From: Cetorhinus maximus
Taxonomy: Eukaryota
Assembly (NCBI RefSeq): GCF_964194155.1
Contig: NC_135889.1
Span: 107,136,001-107,200,000, forward strand
Reading direction: 5' to 3'
DNA length: 64,000 bases
Both the position numbers and the translations under genes were made by a program. The notes under the pieces are model-generated. The model made no database searches, was not told the origin of the DNA, and saw only the letters and a program-made list of their open reading frames with translations. Position 1 is the first letter of the stretch. The number at the start of each line of letters is the position of its first letter. Shown one piece after another: positions 1 through 13,552 of this stretch.

Positions 1-550
1 TTTGTGTTGTAACTTCTGTGTAGATGCTTGTTTTTTATTCATTTACAGGATGTAGGCATTGCTGGTAAGACCAGCATTTATTGCCATCATTGTAGGGTGT
101 TATTTAGTAGATTTAAGTTGTTTTGAAACTGCTGCTTGCAATCACTGGTTTACTCAATCATAGTTTTGAGCAAATGCAACAATCGATCATGTTCACAAAT
201 GATTTGGAATGTCTTGGGTCACTTTGCAAAGTGGTTTTACGGTTTCACTGCATACTCAGACTCTTGAGTGTCTGGGGTTGGTTGTTTCAAATGGGATGCA
301 AGTTTCTCTGAAGTAGCCAAGCATCAGCCTTGGTTCAGATTGATACTGCCCATGCTTCTACATTTTACCTTTTAAGTTTACAGAGTTCTGTGTTTGTTGA
401 TGTGTCCTTTTACTTGGGTTACATAACTAGGTTTATTATAATGGAAGGTGTTTGATCTCACTGGCTTGCTGGTGCCTTGTTTTATTGTCACTGTTTGTTG
501 CTTATGTCACTACATTTCATTTCTCACTGTTCATATTTTTCTTTCTTTAG

Positions 551-599
551 TCCAGTTAATGGGACTTCAAAGGTGTACACCACTCATCTGTGCAACAAG
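551..599 (+). CDS. RIF1: RIF1 internal coding exon (end of HEAT-repeat region)
   Basis: ttctttag|...aag|gtaaac. Encodes PVNGTSKVYTTHLCNK, similar to the human PKVYSCLNNK that precedes LEKL. An alternative acceptor at 556 is possible. Confidence 0.7.
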
Positions 600-1009
600 G
601 TAAACAATTATAAATTGCATAATAATTGTTGATTAATTTACGCTTTCTCCTTTCCCATCCTGTGGTTTTGCCATGTGCCAATTTCTGGCTGAGAGAACTA
701 AAAGATATGTAACCTGTTAGACTGGTCATACTCTAATCTGGGGGAGATGAGGTGGTAATATAAGGACTGCATGGGAATTGCTTCATTTTCCCCCAGCCCC
801 AGAAGTAATGTAATCGACTTTGACATTCTTGGAGTTTAAAGTTTACCCAACTGTGATGCTCCACTGCCCTGAACTCTATAATTGCTTTATGTTGTCTGAT
901 TTTTTTTTTTGTCGTCAAGTTATGGTGACCCAGAACCTTCTCCAACTTCACATTGGCAGCACTGAAGCAAACCTGTTCAGCTCCCATCAGAAACTGCACT
1001 TGGGTGTTG

Positions 1010-2890
1010 AGCTCTTTTGTCCATGTTTGACCCTAGGCTGTATTGAGGTCAGGAGCTGAGTGGCCCTGGCGGAACCCAAACTGGGCGTCAGTGAGCAGGC
1101 TATTGCTAAGCAAGTGCCGCTGTTGATGACCCCTTCCGTTACTTCATTGATGATGGAGAGTAGGCTGATGGGGCGGTAATTGGCCGGGTTAGGTTTGTCC
1201 TGCTTTTTGTGTACAGGACATACTTGGACAATTTTCCATATAGTTGGGTAGATGCCAGTATTTTAGCTGTTATGGAAGAGCTTGGCGTGGTGCAAGAGGG
1301 CAAGTTCTGGAGAACAAATCTTCATTATTTTTGCTAGAATATTGTCAGGGCCCATAGCTTTTGCACTATGCCTTCAGCAGTTTCTTGATATCACTTGGAG
1401 TCAATTGAATTGGCTGAACGAAGACTGGCATCTGTGATGCTGGGGACCTCGAGGAGGAAGAGATGGATCATCCACTCAGCACTTCTGGCTGAAGATTGTT
1501 GCAAATGCTTCAGCATTATCTTTTGCACTGATGTGCTGGGCTCCTCCATCATTGAGGATTGGGATATTTGTGGAGCCGCCTCCTCCAATGAGTTGTTTTA
1601 TTGCCCGCCACCATTTATGGCTGGATGTGGCAGGGCTGCCGAACATTGATCTGATCCATTGGTTGTGGGATAGCTTTGCTCCGTCTATCACTTGCTGCTT
1701 ATGCTGTTTGGCATGCAAGTAGTTCTGTGTTACAGCTTCACCAAGTTGACACCTTTTAAGTATGCCTGGCATTGCTCCTGGCATGCCCTCCTGCACTCTT
1801 CATTGAACCAAGGTTGATCCCCTGGCTTGATGGTAACGGTACAGTGGTGATATGCCGGGCCATGAGGTTACAGATTGTGTTTGAGTACAATTCTGCTGCT
1901 GCTATTGGCCCACAGTGCATCATGGATGCCCAGTTTTGAGTTGCTAGATCTGTTTCTACTTAGCACGGTGGTAGTGCCACACAACACGGTGGAGGGTATC
2001 CTCAGTGTGAAGGCGGAACTTCATCTCCACAATAACCTGTGCGGTGGTCACTCCTGCGGATACTGTCATGGACAGCTTCATCTGCGGCAGGCAGGTTGGT
2101 GAGGATGAGGTCAAGTATGTTTTTCTCTCTTGCTGGCTCCTTCACCAGCTGCTGCATACCCAGTCTAGCAGCTATGCCCTTTAGGACGTGGCCAGCTCAG
2201 TCAGTAGTGTTGCTACCGAGCCACTCTTCAACATGGAGGAGCACTGATTCTTCAACTGAGGGAGGGCGCTACGTGGTAATCAGCAATTGGTTTCCTTGCC
2301 CATGATTGACCTGATGAGACTTCATGAGGTCCTGAGTCGATGTTGGGGTCTCCCAGGGCAATTCCCTCCCGACTGTATACCACTGTGCCGCCACCTCTGC
2401 TGGGTCTGCCCTGCCGGTGGTGATGGTTGTGCCTGGAACATTATCTGATATGAGGATGACTGTGTCAGGCTGTTGCTTGACTAGTCTGTGAGGCAGCTCT
2501 CCCAATTTTGGCACTAGCCCCCCAGATGTTAACAAGGAGGACTTTGCAGGGTCGACAGGGCTGAGTTTACTGTTGTCATTGGCGGGCAGTCCGTCCAGTT
2601 TCATCCCTCTTTTGAGACTTCGTAGTGATTGATACAACTGAGTGGCTTGCTGGGCCATTTCAGAGGGCATTTTAAGAGTCAACCACACTGCTGTGGGTCT
2701 GGAGCCACATGTAGGCCAGACCAGGTAAGGACAGCAGATTTCCTTCCCTAAAGGACATTAGTGAACCAGATGAATTTTTACAACAATCAGCAATGGTCAT
2801 CATTAGACTTTTCATTCCTGCTTTTAATTCAATTCAAACCCAGAGCATCACCCTAGTCCAGCGACAATATCACTATGCCATCGCCTCCCC
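1010..2890 (-). mobile_element. Degenerate CR1-clade LINE (5' end, APE endonuclease, start of RT)
   Basis: Broken ORFs (RLVKQQPDTVIL, HKWWRAIKQL..KAEAFATIFSQKC-like); reverse-complement homologous to the element at 23700-26125. Confidence 0.8.
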
Positions 2891-3149
2891 TAAAATAGGA
2901 GAACGTAAATGTAAAATAGGGAGTTGTATTTCCGATTTTCCTCCTTGTGCCCTCTATATACTCGAATATTGGAGGTGGAATAACTTTGATAATGGGTTTT
3001 GTGTGTTCTCAACCTGTTGAGTTTGAATCTTCAAACAAAAAGGTGGGGTTGGAATTTTTCTGCTTTTGTGGTAGTCTTTGATTAAACTATTTTCAAAATA
3101 TCAAATGCCTGGACTGGTTTTGTGATTGAATTGTTGCTCTTCCCTGCAG

Positions 3150-3352
3150 CTGGAGAAGCTGCACGCGGATATTCTTCTCTGCTTACAATCCCGTTACACG
3201 TCGACCTATGACAGCGACTTGCTGGAACAACTGTCATCGCTGCTCAGCACCACTTTCCTACACAAGAACCGTCAGATCAGGAACCAGACCACACAGTTTT
3301 GGAATGCTACATTTGCCAAAAGTACAGCGTTAAACTATCCACAACAAATTAA
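3150..3352 (+). CDS. RIF1: RIF1 coding exon
   Basis: ccctgcag|CTG...AA|gtgagt. Encodes LEKLHADILLCLQSRYTSTYDSDLLEQLSSLLSTTFLHKNRQIRNQTTQFWNATFAK, matching vertebrate RIF1 FLHKNKQIR..QFWNATFAK. Confidence 0.93.
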
Positions 3353-3539
3353 GTGAGTGTGGCTGTTTGTTTTTACATGTTTTGGGATGTATTAGTATAA
3401 ATTGCTTCTGTTGAATTGAAAACCATTCTGATCAAGCTTTGCTTGAGTTTATTTTTAACGTGCTTCAAGACTTGATTGGCCAGGCTTACATTGTCTTATT
3501 GTGTATCCCTTCAGCTTATTTATTCTCATAGTTAACTAT

Positions 3540-4422
3540 AGAGTAAGTCCTCACTTAACATTGCAGTTGCATTCCTGGAAAGTGCAGCTTGAAATGCAAC
3601 AATATTAAGTGAAAGAGATTTTTTTCCATTACAAACATATGGATTAGGAGTAGGCCACTCGGCCCCTCAAGCCTGCTCTGCCATTCCATAAGATCATGGC
3701 TGATCTGAATGTAACCTCAACCCCACATCCCTGCTTGCCCTGATAACCTTTCACCCCCTTGTTAATCAATAATTTATCTAGCTCTGCCAACCAGAAAAAG
3801 GCTCATTTATGCCAACCCTGTGCTTCCTGTTAGCTAGCCAATCTTCTATCCATGCCAATAAGTTAACCCCCTACTCCATGAGCTTTATTTTCTGCAATAA
3901 CCTTTGATGTGGCACTTTATCAAATGCCTTCAACCAATGTAAAAGCTGTAGTTAGGTTTTGTGGGACATTTCCCCTCAGAAAAGCATTATACCCTGTAAG
4001 TTGAAATACATTACATTGCTAAACTCCTGCATTTGTAAATGAAATAACTTTTAAAGTAAAATTAGTTTTAAAATATAAAAGAAACATAGTAATACTTTCT
4101 ACTTAACCCTGCTTGCCTTTTCCCTCTCCCAAACCCTCGCCATGAGTGAGGTCTTAGGAGATGAGCGGCGAAAGGTAGCGAGCGCAGCTTCAGTTGCAGA
4201 GGTAAGCTGCAACCTTGAGTCGGTGAGCAGGAGGGTTGGCAGTGATGGAGGTGCCACTTCAAAATGGTGCCAATCAGGTCATGGGACCCCAAGTCAGACG
4301 TGGTGCGAAATGACATTAAAACGAAACTTCTGACGCTAAACATTAATACCTGCCCCATTTAAATGACTGTTCCTTAAGCAGAATAGTTTAAAATGGGGCA
4401 ACTTAAAATGGGGACTTATGGT
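3540..4422. mobile_element. Possible Tigger/pogo-like non-autonomous element interrupted by a CR1 3' fragment (~3635-3930)
   Basis: Degenerate inverted ends gtaagtcctcacttaa ... ttaaaatggggacttat. Confidence 0.4.
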
Positions 4423-4662
4423 ACATGATGCATTGATCTGACTACTTGAAGGCAATTGCTGTGTTCACTTTTTAGCTAAACAATCAAAGATTTGCTGATT
4501 TTTAAACTTTAATTTGTGATTTGACCTTAAATTTCAACATTGTTTAACTTTTTAGTGTCATATTCCTTCTGAAGTAGTAACCTGTTGTAATTGTTTGATG
4601 AACTTTCTCTCCAGAGGTCTTTTAAAGTGTACCTGACATGTTGAGTTTTTGCTTTGCTGTAG

Positions 4663-4762
4663 GTCAGTATTAAGTCAGGTCAAGCAGAAAACCCCCATAA
4701 TATTGCCTGGCTTTGAGACATTAGAGTTGATTGAAGAGTCAAGTGGGCCATACTCAGATTTG
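4663..4762 (+). CDS. RIF1: RIF1 coding exon
   Basis: tgctgtag|G...TTG|gtaag. Encodes SVLSQVKQKTPIILPGFETLELIEESSGPYSDL; phase fits neighbouring exons. Confidence 0.9.
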
Positions 4763-5893
4763 GTAAGTTTTTAAAGCACTCTCTTGATTTTTCTGCTGTG
4801 ACAAAGCACTAGCATACTCTAATGAGACAAGAATTCAAAATAAATGTTCTAAACTCAAGATCTGAATGTCCTATGGTAAGATTCTAGTATTTTTGAACGT
4901 ATTTGAGCATACTTCTTCATTAGCTATGTGAGCAAATCATGACATTCCTAGCCGCAAATGTATTACACTGCTCACTTTTTGAACAGTCAAATTCTACAAA
5001 GAGCAAAATATTTAATCCTTCTGCACTCTCAACAAAAATGCATGGGTAGAGTAGTGTAGATGTTGCTGGATTAGTAACCAGAGAGTATTAATTCAATTGT
5101 CAGCATAGCAGTTGGAGAATTTAATTTCTTTTTAAAATAAATAACACTGGTTTCAGTAAAAGTGGCCATGAAGCTTGCTGTTGTATAAACATAATTGCTT
5201 CACTAATACCATTTTTTATGTCAGGAGCCCTGCTGCCTTTAGATGGGCTGGTCTATATTTGGCAATCCCACACCATGATTGACTCTTCACTACCTTCTGA
5301 AGTGACTTAGCAACCTGCTCTGTTGTATGAAAATCACTAATATTTTTTAAACATCTTCACCATAAAGACTACAATGGTTTGAGAATACAGCCCACTGCCA
5401 CCTTCTCTGGACAACTAGGAATGGTCAATAAGTGCTAGTGGCACCCACTTTCATAGGGAAACTTCTTTTTCAGAAGTGTGTTTTGTTTTGCCAATGTGTA
5501 ATGCTATTAGTTTTTTTTTGGATTTTGAAAGTGACATTAGTTGTGAGAACACTCCCCCCCCCGCCACCACCACCCAACAGTCTCCATGTTTTAGGCATTC
5601 TCAACTGAAATTTAAAAGATACAGCACTTTTAAACTGGCTTTTTAATTAGGTATTGGTCGATAAGGTACCTTAACTTGGAAACAAATGTAGACCATGAAA
5701 TGTAGTTCTGAAACAGAGACATAGCAACAATTTCAGTTTTTTTTAAGCCTACCCATTCCCAAGAGCTGAACCCATCCTAACATCTCTGTTACTCCTTTTG
5801 ATTCTTTGCTGTAGGTGAAGAATACATGTGTTGGTTACTAAATATTCTGTGATCAGCTGCATCAATGCACTTTTTATGTATTCTTTATTGCAG

Positions 5894-6019
5894 TCAGAAA
5901 ATTCCCAGTTAGATGCTAAAGTCAGCGGTGTGCAAGTTAATTCAGTTGGAAAAAGAGAATCATTGCTTGCTAGAGCCGAAGAACTAAGAGAGAAGAGTTT
6001 GCCTCAAACTCCAGCAAAA
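5894..6019 (+). CDS. RIF1: RIF1 coding exon
   Basis: attgcag|TCA...AAA|gtaagt. Encodes SENSQLDAKVSG...GKRESLL. Confidence 0.9.
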
Positions 6020-6507
6020 GTAAGTTGAGCACAAATGTTTTGCACTTGAATGAGACTGGATGTATAAAATAATGACAGTGAATTCAAAGCATTGCTAACC
6101 TAATGCTGATGTGAGCATTTGAAACTACAGCTTCAAAGTTGTAAAAATTTAAAACTCATTAAACATTTAAGACGCTCCTATCCCATGTGAAATTTTATTT
6201 TCTGAGAAATACCTTTCTGGAGAGCTAATGCAAACTATCCAATAGGACGTGTGATGCTCAGTTCAGTAGTTTAGCATTGATGTGTAACCATCTAGCATTG
6301 TTGAACTTCAGAACACCAAAATTTCTATTTGGAAACAAAATGTTATGTTTTAGAATTTGAGTTTTGCAGTAAGAATATATTTAGAGCAGGTTTGTTGACA
6401 CTGCTCTTGTTTGTGGACTGTTTAGGCTTTTTGCTATATATTCTTTGTTTGGATGAGACAAATTAAATCTCTTTTTCCTCTCCCACTCTCGCGCTCTCCT
6501 GGTCCAG

Positions 6508-6653
6508 TTGAAGCTAGATTTTTCTTCTCCCAAAGTGCCACGACGAGAGCTACTTCTAGAGGAGGAGAAATCGATAGATTTTGTGTTTATACCACCTGAA
6601 CCTAAACAGCGGATATTGACAGAGCATCAGAAAGAGGTGTTACAGACAAAGAG
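6508..6653 (+). CDS. RIF1: RIF1 coding exon
   Basis: gtccag|TTG...AG|gtagg. Encodes LKLDFSSPK..LLLEEEKSIDFVFIPPEPKQRILTEHQKEVLQTK, the conserved DFVFIPPE/LTEHQKEVL motif. Confidence 0.93.
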
Positions 6654-7088
6654 GTAGGTTGAAGAAACAACTGTGATCATTGTCTAGGCGGTGTGCTTAT
6701 TTCCCAGGGGCTGCAGAGAGGAAAACTGGACTGAGGCACACCGTTTAGGAATGAGGCACGAGGACATGTTGCCCTTTACTACAACTCCATCTGTTGTCAT
6801 ACTTTGATTCTAACATTATCAGTATGAAGATGAATGTCATATTTATTTTGATTTTTTTTGCCTACCGAGTGTTTTTATTTCTTGTGTTTGACCAGCTCTA
6901 CATTCACTGTCTTTACATTCTAAATAGTATTTACTTTAAGAATACAATATGATTATTGTAAAACAAGCGCATTAAGTATTTTACGCAGTTTTTTGTGACA
7001 AACTTGGAACATGGTAATCTATCCACCTATGCAATGTGAATGTTTAAAAAGGTTTGTCCATTTTAAAATTTATTTTCCCCCAAAACAG

Positions 7089-7175
7089 GACTGACATTCC
7101 TGCAATGTACAATAATTTGGATGCATCTCAGGATTCCCACTTGTTTTCCCAGTACACACAATCTCAGGACAGTTC
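7089..7175 (+). CDS. RIF1: RIF1 coding exon
   Basis: aaacag|G...TC|gtaag. Encodes TDIPAMYNNLDASQDSHLFSQYTQSQDS, the conserved DIPAMYNNLD motif. Confidence 0.93.
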
Positions 7176-8269
7176 GTAAGTAGATCATTTTATTTGAAAT
7201 CCATCACCCCATTTAATTTGCATATTTACAAAATTCAGTAACACCCAAGCTCTATTTTGTCTGTAATGTAATTGTGCAAACCCCATGAATTTTTCAAATA
7301 TAAAAGCAAACTTGTGTGGATGCTGGAAATCTGAAATAAAAACAGAAAATGCTAGAAAAACTCAGCAGGTCTGACAGAATCTGTGGAGAGAGAAACAGTG
7401 TTAACATTTCGAGTCAATTTGGCTCTTCTGAAGTATGCTGCCAGACCTGAGCTTTTCCAGCATTTTCTGTTCTTTTTATTTATGTATTTTTCAAATACTG
7501 TTTTATTTTGAGTAACCCAGCTTGAAGAGTGAAGAATGTATAAAGCTTTAATCAAATCCCAGCCCTTTTCTTGGGTTAGTTTAGAAAAACTTACTGGAAT
7601 CTACAAAATTTACTACTTGTTGAAATCATGTGGATAAGTCTGCGTAGGTGTGGTATTAAATGTAGTTATACAGGTGTATTCGGACCAGGAGCTTACTATA
7701 GCTGGTAGACTTTTTAGTCTTAACCAGATTTCCACTTCTGCTCAATCTTAGAATTTGCAACACAGAAACAAACCATTGCCCAACTGGTCTATGCTGGCAT
7801 TTATGCTCTGTCATCCTCCTCCCACCGCTTTTCGTCTGATCCTATCAGAATAACCTTCTATTCCTTTCTCCGTCATGCTTATCTAGCTTCCTCTAACTAC
7901 TCATTATCTTTTAGGTATTAATTCAATTCACACAGATTTAAAGATTCTGTGTGTGTGTGTATGTTTTTCTTGCCCTTACCATAGAGTTGCTACATCTCAT
8001 TTGGCCTATAGGCTGGTGAATGAAAATAAAACTTAAAATATGCTAGCTCCAGAAGAGCAGAAAAGCCAGTTAATGTCCTCTAGTCTGAACCATAATGAAT
8101 TGGGGAGTTTTACATTGTTCTGCTTTGAAGTGAGCTTCATTTGAAGGCAAAACTCATTCTTGTCATATTTCAGAGGTTCTAGTTAATAAGACTTCATGTA
8201 GCCAAAATCCCCACTTTGTGCACTTGGTCTAAATTTGTTACCAGATTATGCTTGCTTTTTTTCTTTCAG

Positions 8270-8327
8270 GGATAACCCTGCAATAGAAGCTGAAAAAGCA
8301 GAAAAAACTTCTGAAGAACCACCACAG
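8270..8327 (+). CDS. RIF1: RIF1 short coding exon
   Basis: ttctttcag|G...CAG|gtgagt. Encodes DNPAIEAEKAEKTSEEPPQ and is needed to reconcile phase 2 to phase 0. Confidence 0.8.
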
Positions 8328-8594
8328 GTGAGTTGTTACCTGGTGGCTTTCAACAAAATTGTTTTTTTTTAAAGTGATTAGCTCCAATTGCAATCTAGCC
8401 ACAAGGAAATGTAAGGTGAATGTTGGTAATTATAAGAATGGCACTCTTAATGGGTTGGTTACCTGATTTGATTCTACTTTGGTCAGGAGGTGGATGTGTC
8501 ACTGAAAGATTTCTCACGGTATTATAATCTTTTTAATCTGCTTTCATCACATTGGGGCTTAACCTTCATACGGTATGCCAAGAGATATCTAGGG

Positions 8595-9365
8595 ACCCTT
8601 CTTCTTGGGCAGCCTCTCAGGGCCGAAGATGACTTGCTTCCACACTAAAAATGAGTTCTCAGGTGACTGAAGAGTCCCATCTGTGACGTACAGTCTCTCA
8701 CAGATTGGGCAAACAGTGGCAGGGGGAATGGATGGGTGGGATACCCGGGTTGCCACACGCTCCTTTCGCTGTCGACGCTTGGCTTCAGCTAGTCCTTGAC
8801 GATGAGACTCAGTCAAGTCCTTCCCGGATGCTTTCCCTCCACTTCGGCCTTGGGCCAGGGATTCCCAGATGTTGGTGGGGATGTTGCACTTTTGCAAGGA
8901 GGCTTTGAGGGTGTCCCTGAAGCATTTCTTCTGCCCTTCTGGCACTCGCTCGCCGCGTCAAAGCTCCAAGTAAAGCACTTGATTCTGGAGTCTCATGTCA
9001 GGCATGCGGATGATGTGGCCCGCCCGCAGGACTGACATTCCAGATGGCTGGTAGAGCATGGTTAATTCTTTGATGCTTGGACTGTTGACCTGAGTGAGAA
9101 CACTGACGTTTGTGAGCCTATTCTGCCAGTGGATTTGCAGGATTTTGCACAGGCTGCATTGGTGGTATTTCACCAGAGTTTGAGGTGCCTGCTGCACGTG
9201 GTCCACATCCCTGAGCCATGTAGGAGGGTGGGTATCACTACTGCTCTGTAGGCCGTGAGTTTGGTGCTGTGTTTGAAGTCCTGGCCTCATACACACTTCC
9301 TCAGGTGGCCAAAGGCTGTGCTGGCACACCTGAAGGTGGTTTTGAGCCTCATCGTCCATACAAGT
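8595..9365 (-). mobile_element. RTE-clade LINE 3' fragment
   Basis: GQKKCFRDTLKASLQKCNI, KILQIHWQNRLTNVSVL and AGHIIRMPD are typical of the RTE ORF C-terminus; (AAG)-like tail. Confidence 0.75.
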
Positions 9366-10111
9366 GTGCGGGCCTTACGCTAAACATCCTTTAGACAAAG
9401 GTCCTCTACCAACCTGCCCCCTCCACACCGCCCCCCCCCCCTCCTTTGCTGGTTATCAGAATCCACGACGAGGCCTTGGACAGCATGGACCACTTTCCAT
9501 ACCTTGGAAGCTTACCGTCAACAAGGGCAGATATCTAGGAAGGGTTCAAAGAAAGTGCTTTTTCTTTTCTTCCCAAATTGTCTGTGCTGTATCATTATAA
9601 ATGGGGATATAGACTTACATCCAGCTGTTTTAAGTGTTGGTTAATTAATGCTGCAAATTTATTATTATTAAAATGCAGTTTGGTGAATTTGAGATAAGTT
9701 AATTAGGTTGTGGAGGCTTACTTGTATGTTCTTTCCAATATTCTTTCACAGCCCAGATAATGGTTTAATGTTGACTTCTTTTGGAAGCATTTGAGAGGAT
9801 GGGTCCCTGGGTTAAATTTGCAAATCGCTCCTACAAGTGTGCTGAAGTACAAGTTTGTTAACCTTGCCAGACAAGTATTCTTGCCTAGAATGCTAATGCA
9901 GTAAGTGGCATTCTGAATTCAAGGGATTGTGCAGAGAAAAGGAATATTGAGTGCTACTAACCTTTATAGTGCTTGATGCTGGCAGTTGGATGGAGAGTGT
10001 TCAAAACCAGCTTTACTGAAGCCTTGCACTGTAATGGGTACCTACTGTAAAGCAAGGCCTGGATTACTTCTGCCTCATACAGTCAGTTGTAACATTCAGT
10101 TTTTTTTTCAG

Positions 10112-13100
10112 GATGAAAATATGGAAACTGAAAATGAATTTGATACCCAGGTTGCAATGGAGGCAATCAATGAAGATAAATTGTTTGATCAAGAAACTGA
10201 CCAAGACTCTGCTGGTCACAAGGGAAGCAGGACTGAACAAATCATTGGAGATTCTATAGACCTTAATTGCAGTGGCAAACAAGAAGAAGTGAAGAACACG
10301 GCGGCTGAATCTATGTCAAACTGCACTGGTGGTGCTTCTGAATCGGGGGTCAGCAGTGCAGAGGTCAGTGGTAGTTCTACCTCCTCCGACATTATCTCTG
10401 GAACACCACAAAAATCCAGCAGCAGACGACAATCGTTTATTACTCTGGAGAAGTTTGATCCCTCCACTACGTGCTGCTTCAGTAAATCACCTTTGGTTAA
10501 ATTTGCACAAGCAGCTGCTGAAGCTTTTGCTCCTCAGCAGACCGAAGCAATGGAGGTGGAAGATGTATCACAGCTTGAGGTGGACAAAGTTTGCCAGGAT
10601 GTCAGTTTGAATAATACAAAAACTGAAGCAGCGAATGTCTCAATCACTGAGGGGAAACGCAGTAGACGCAGGCAAAATAAAACTGAACCGTCGATTGTAG
10701 AAAAACCAACCAACTGCACCAAAGCGCCTAGAAGTATTAAGAGTTCTGACGGTGAATCATCTGATGCAAAAGAAAATTCTTCAACTAATGATAGAGACAC
10801 TCCTAATAAAAACAAAGCTGACTGCAGCCGAAGTTCTGAGAGTCGGACAAGTAACAAACCGACAAAAGGCAGTGTTTTTAATGAAGAGAAGAATCCTGCA
10901 TCATCTCCTGTGGTTTTGAAAGAGAAAGCTTCAGCAGAAGGTGCTTCAAGCACACAAGATGAGAGGAATGCACATTCTTCAATTCTGACAAAAAAAACAC
11001 TAAGACGTTCTTCTAGGAAGCACTTGGATGTGGCAGTGGCTGCTCAGGCAGGTAACAAGGGAAAAAGGGAGGATAATAAACTTGGGAAAAGATCACAAAA
11101 CGAGGCGGCAGAGCCTCTTCAGGGCAAGTCTCAGCATGACGAGCTTTCAAAGGGAAAGGAGAATGATTCTAAAAGTTCACCTGGCAAGTCAGCAACTGAG
11201 AAAAGCAGGTCTTTAAAAACTGATTCTCAAGACTCTGACTCTAACAAAACTACCCCAGCTGCTGGCAAAGTCCGCCCTCGCTACCAGACTCGTAGGGCAT
11301 CTCAAGGTTTGTCTGACTTAGAGAACAGCTGTTGTGGCATGACTGAATCGGAGAGTTCTGAAGGCAACTCAAAAGTTCAGGATGGTCAAAAGAAAAGAAG
11401 AACGTTTAAGGGGAAAACAAAGACCAAAGAGCTGTCCCTTGAGGACAGCAAGACTAAAAATGTGGTGGAACATGAACCGACCCTGGGCAGTCAACTATAC
11501 TCAAAAAATGAAACTATGGAGATGCAGTGTTCAGAAACAGAATTGGAGATTGAAAATAAGCAAGAAGATGCAGTAATGACACAAGTGGTAGATATAGAAA
11601 ATCTGGATGAAATAAATATTGCACAGATGTCTCCAGGGACTTGTGCTTTAGTTGAAAAGCCAAATGCAGAAGAGGACCCTAAAACACAGAGCATAGCACA
11701 TCCCACAAGAGAAGAGTCTGAAACTGTTGAAAGTGTTAAAACTGAGCTTGATTTAGAACGAGGCAAAACAGAAGAAGCCTGCACTATTGTCCATGCTGAA
11801 TACTTGCCTTATGAGGCAGGAGTTTCAACAACTGAATTATCAACTGACGATTGTTCAAATCTTTCAGATGTGCAACTTTCAGTCAAGAAGAGCCAGCAGT
11901 TGAATGAGTGCCATGTGAGAAGTAAAAGGACCAGGAAAACTAAAAACTGTGATTGTTGCAAAGACTCTTCACAACAGCATGGGAAGTCACGTTTGGAAAG
12001 CAAAGAGAGTTCCACCAAACGAGAGCCACGATCTGATGATCAGAAAGAAGAATCACACCTAAATTCGGTTTATTATTCTTCTACAGAAGGGCTATTAAAA
12101 AGTCCCACATTTAACGACACTGTAAATGATGGACCCTGTGCGTTCAGCACTCCCCTTTCGGGGAATAGCAAAACACAGTTTTTTGGTATTTCTCTTAGTA
12201 CTGTTGCATCGGAGGTGGATTTGGCTGAAGAGAAAAAGCTCACTCCGAGGATTGAAACCTCCACGGAGCAGAAAATGGTGGAGGAGTCCTATTCAGTGCG
12301 GAAAGCACTGAACGACTCTTCCACAGAGCCGAAAATGGTGGAGGAGTCCTGTACAGAGCAGAAAGCAATGGATGACTCTTCCATGGAGCAGAAAGTGGTG
12401 GAGGAGTACTGTACAGAGCGGAAAGCGATGGATAACTCTTCCACTGGTCAGAAAATGGTGGAGTCCTCCTCTACAGAGCAGAAAGTGTTGGATGACTCTT
12501 CCACTGGTCAGAAAATGGTGGAGTCCTCCTCTACAGAGCAGAAAGTGTTGGATGACTCTTCCACTGGTCAGAAAATGGTGGAGTCCTCCTCTACAGAGCA
12601 GAAAGTGTTGGATGACTCTTCCACTGGTGAGAAAATGGTGGAGTCCTCCTCTACAGAGCAGAAAGTGATGGATGACTCTTCCACTAAGCAGGAAGTTGTG
12701 GATGAGTCCTCTACAGAGCGGAAAGCAATGGGTGATCCTTCCACAGAGCAGAAAGTTGTGGAGGAGTCCTCTACAGAGTGGAAAGCGATGGGTGACTCTT
12801 CCACTGGTCAGAAAATGACGGAGGAGTCCTCTACAGAGCGGAAAGCGATGGGTGACTCTTCCACTGGTCAGAAAATGATGGAGGAGTCCTCTACAGAGCA
12901 GAAAGTGATGGGTGATTCTTCCACAGAGCAGAAAGCTGAAGAAATTTTAAATTATGGAGGGAGTGAACAAGTGGAATTAATGGCAGAGGCTGATGGCACT
13001 GTTGAAGTGTCAATGTCAGAAGGTGAACCAGTGTCCAATGATGTTGTCTTGATAGAAGGTGAACAGTTGGAAAGCAAAGAAACAGTAGCTGGCTATGAAC

Positions 13101-13552
13101 TGGACCAAGATCAAATGAGTAGGACAGGCATTACTGCCCCAGTTGACAAAATAGCCACAGTACAGCCTGAACCAGATCAGATGGATGGGACAAATGTTTT
13201 AACCCCATTTGACAAAAAAACTGTACAGGATGAATCAGTAACTGCAGAACATTTTAAAGATACAGAGTCTGATGGAAATGAAGAAGCTTCCGAGGTGGGG
13301 TTAACCACAACAATTAATCTCCCCAAACCTATGATAACAGACTGTAATGTGGTTGAGCACATGTCAGAGCACCTCATGGAATCACCCCAAAAAACTAAAA
13401 ATGATGTCCCATTTCTGGTTGGATCAATGCACAGTCCTTCTGAAATGCAGGCATGCTGTGTGTGGTCACCCACAGCATCACCTTCTACAAGTATCCTCAA
13501 GAAAGGAATTAAACGGCCATCTGAAAATGATTCTCCTTCTCCAATGAATAAG
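10112..13552 (+). CDS. RIF1: RIF1 giant exon (intrinsically disordered region, ends with the SILK PP1-binding motif)
   Basis: tttttcag|GAT...AAG|gtaaat, 3441 bp, inside ORF 9986-13618. Motifs RRQSFITLEKFD, RYQTRRASQGL and CVWSPTASPSTSILKKG. Confidence 0.95.
12257..12937 (+). repeat. Coding tandem repeat, 30-bp unit (60-bp higher order), ~23 units, consensus SSTEQKxxD/E
   Basis: Directly visible: lines 12481 and 12541 are identical 60-mers; the protein alternates SSTGQKMVES and SSTEQKVLDD. Confidence 0.95.

Noticed and set aside
12372-12804. Alternative-frame repetitive ORFs (MTLPLVRKWWSPPLQSRK and antisense)
   Set aside because: Shadows of the RIF1 coding repeat.
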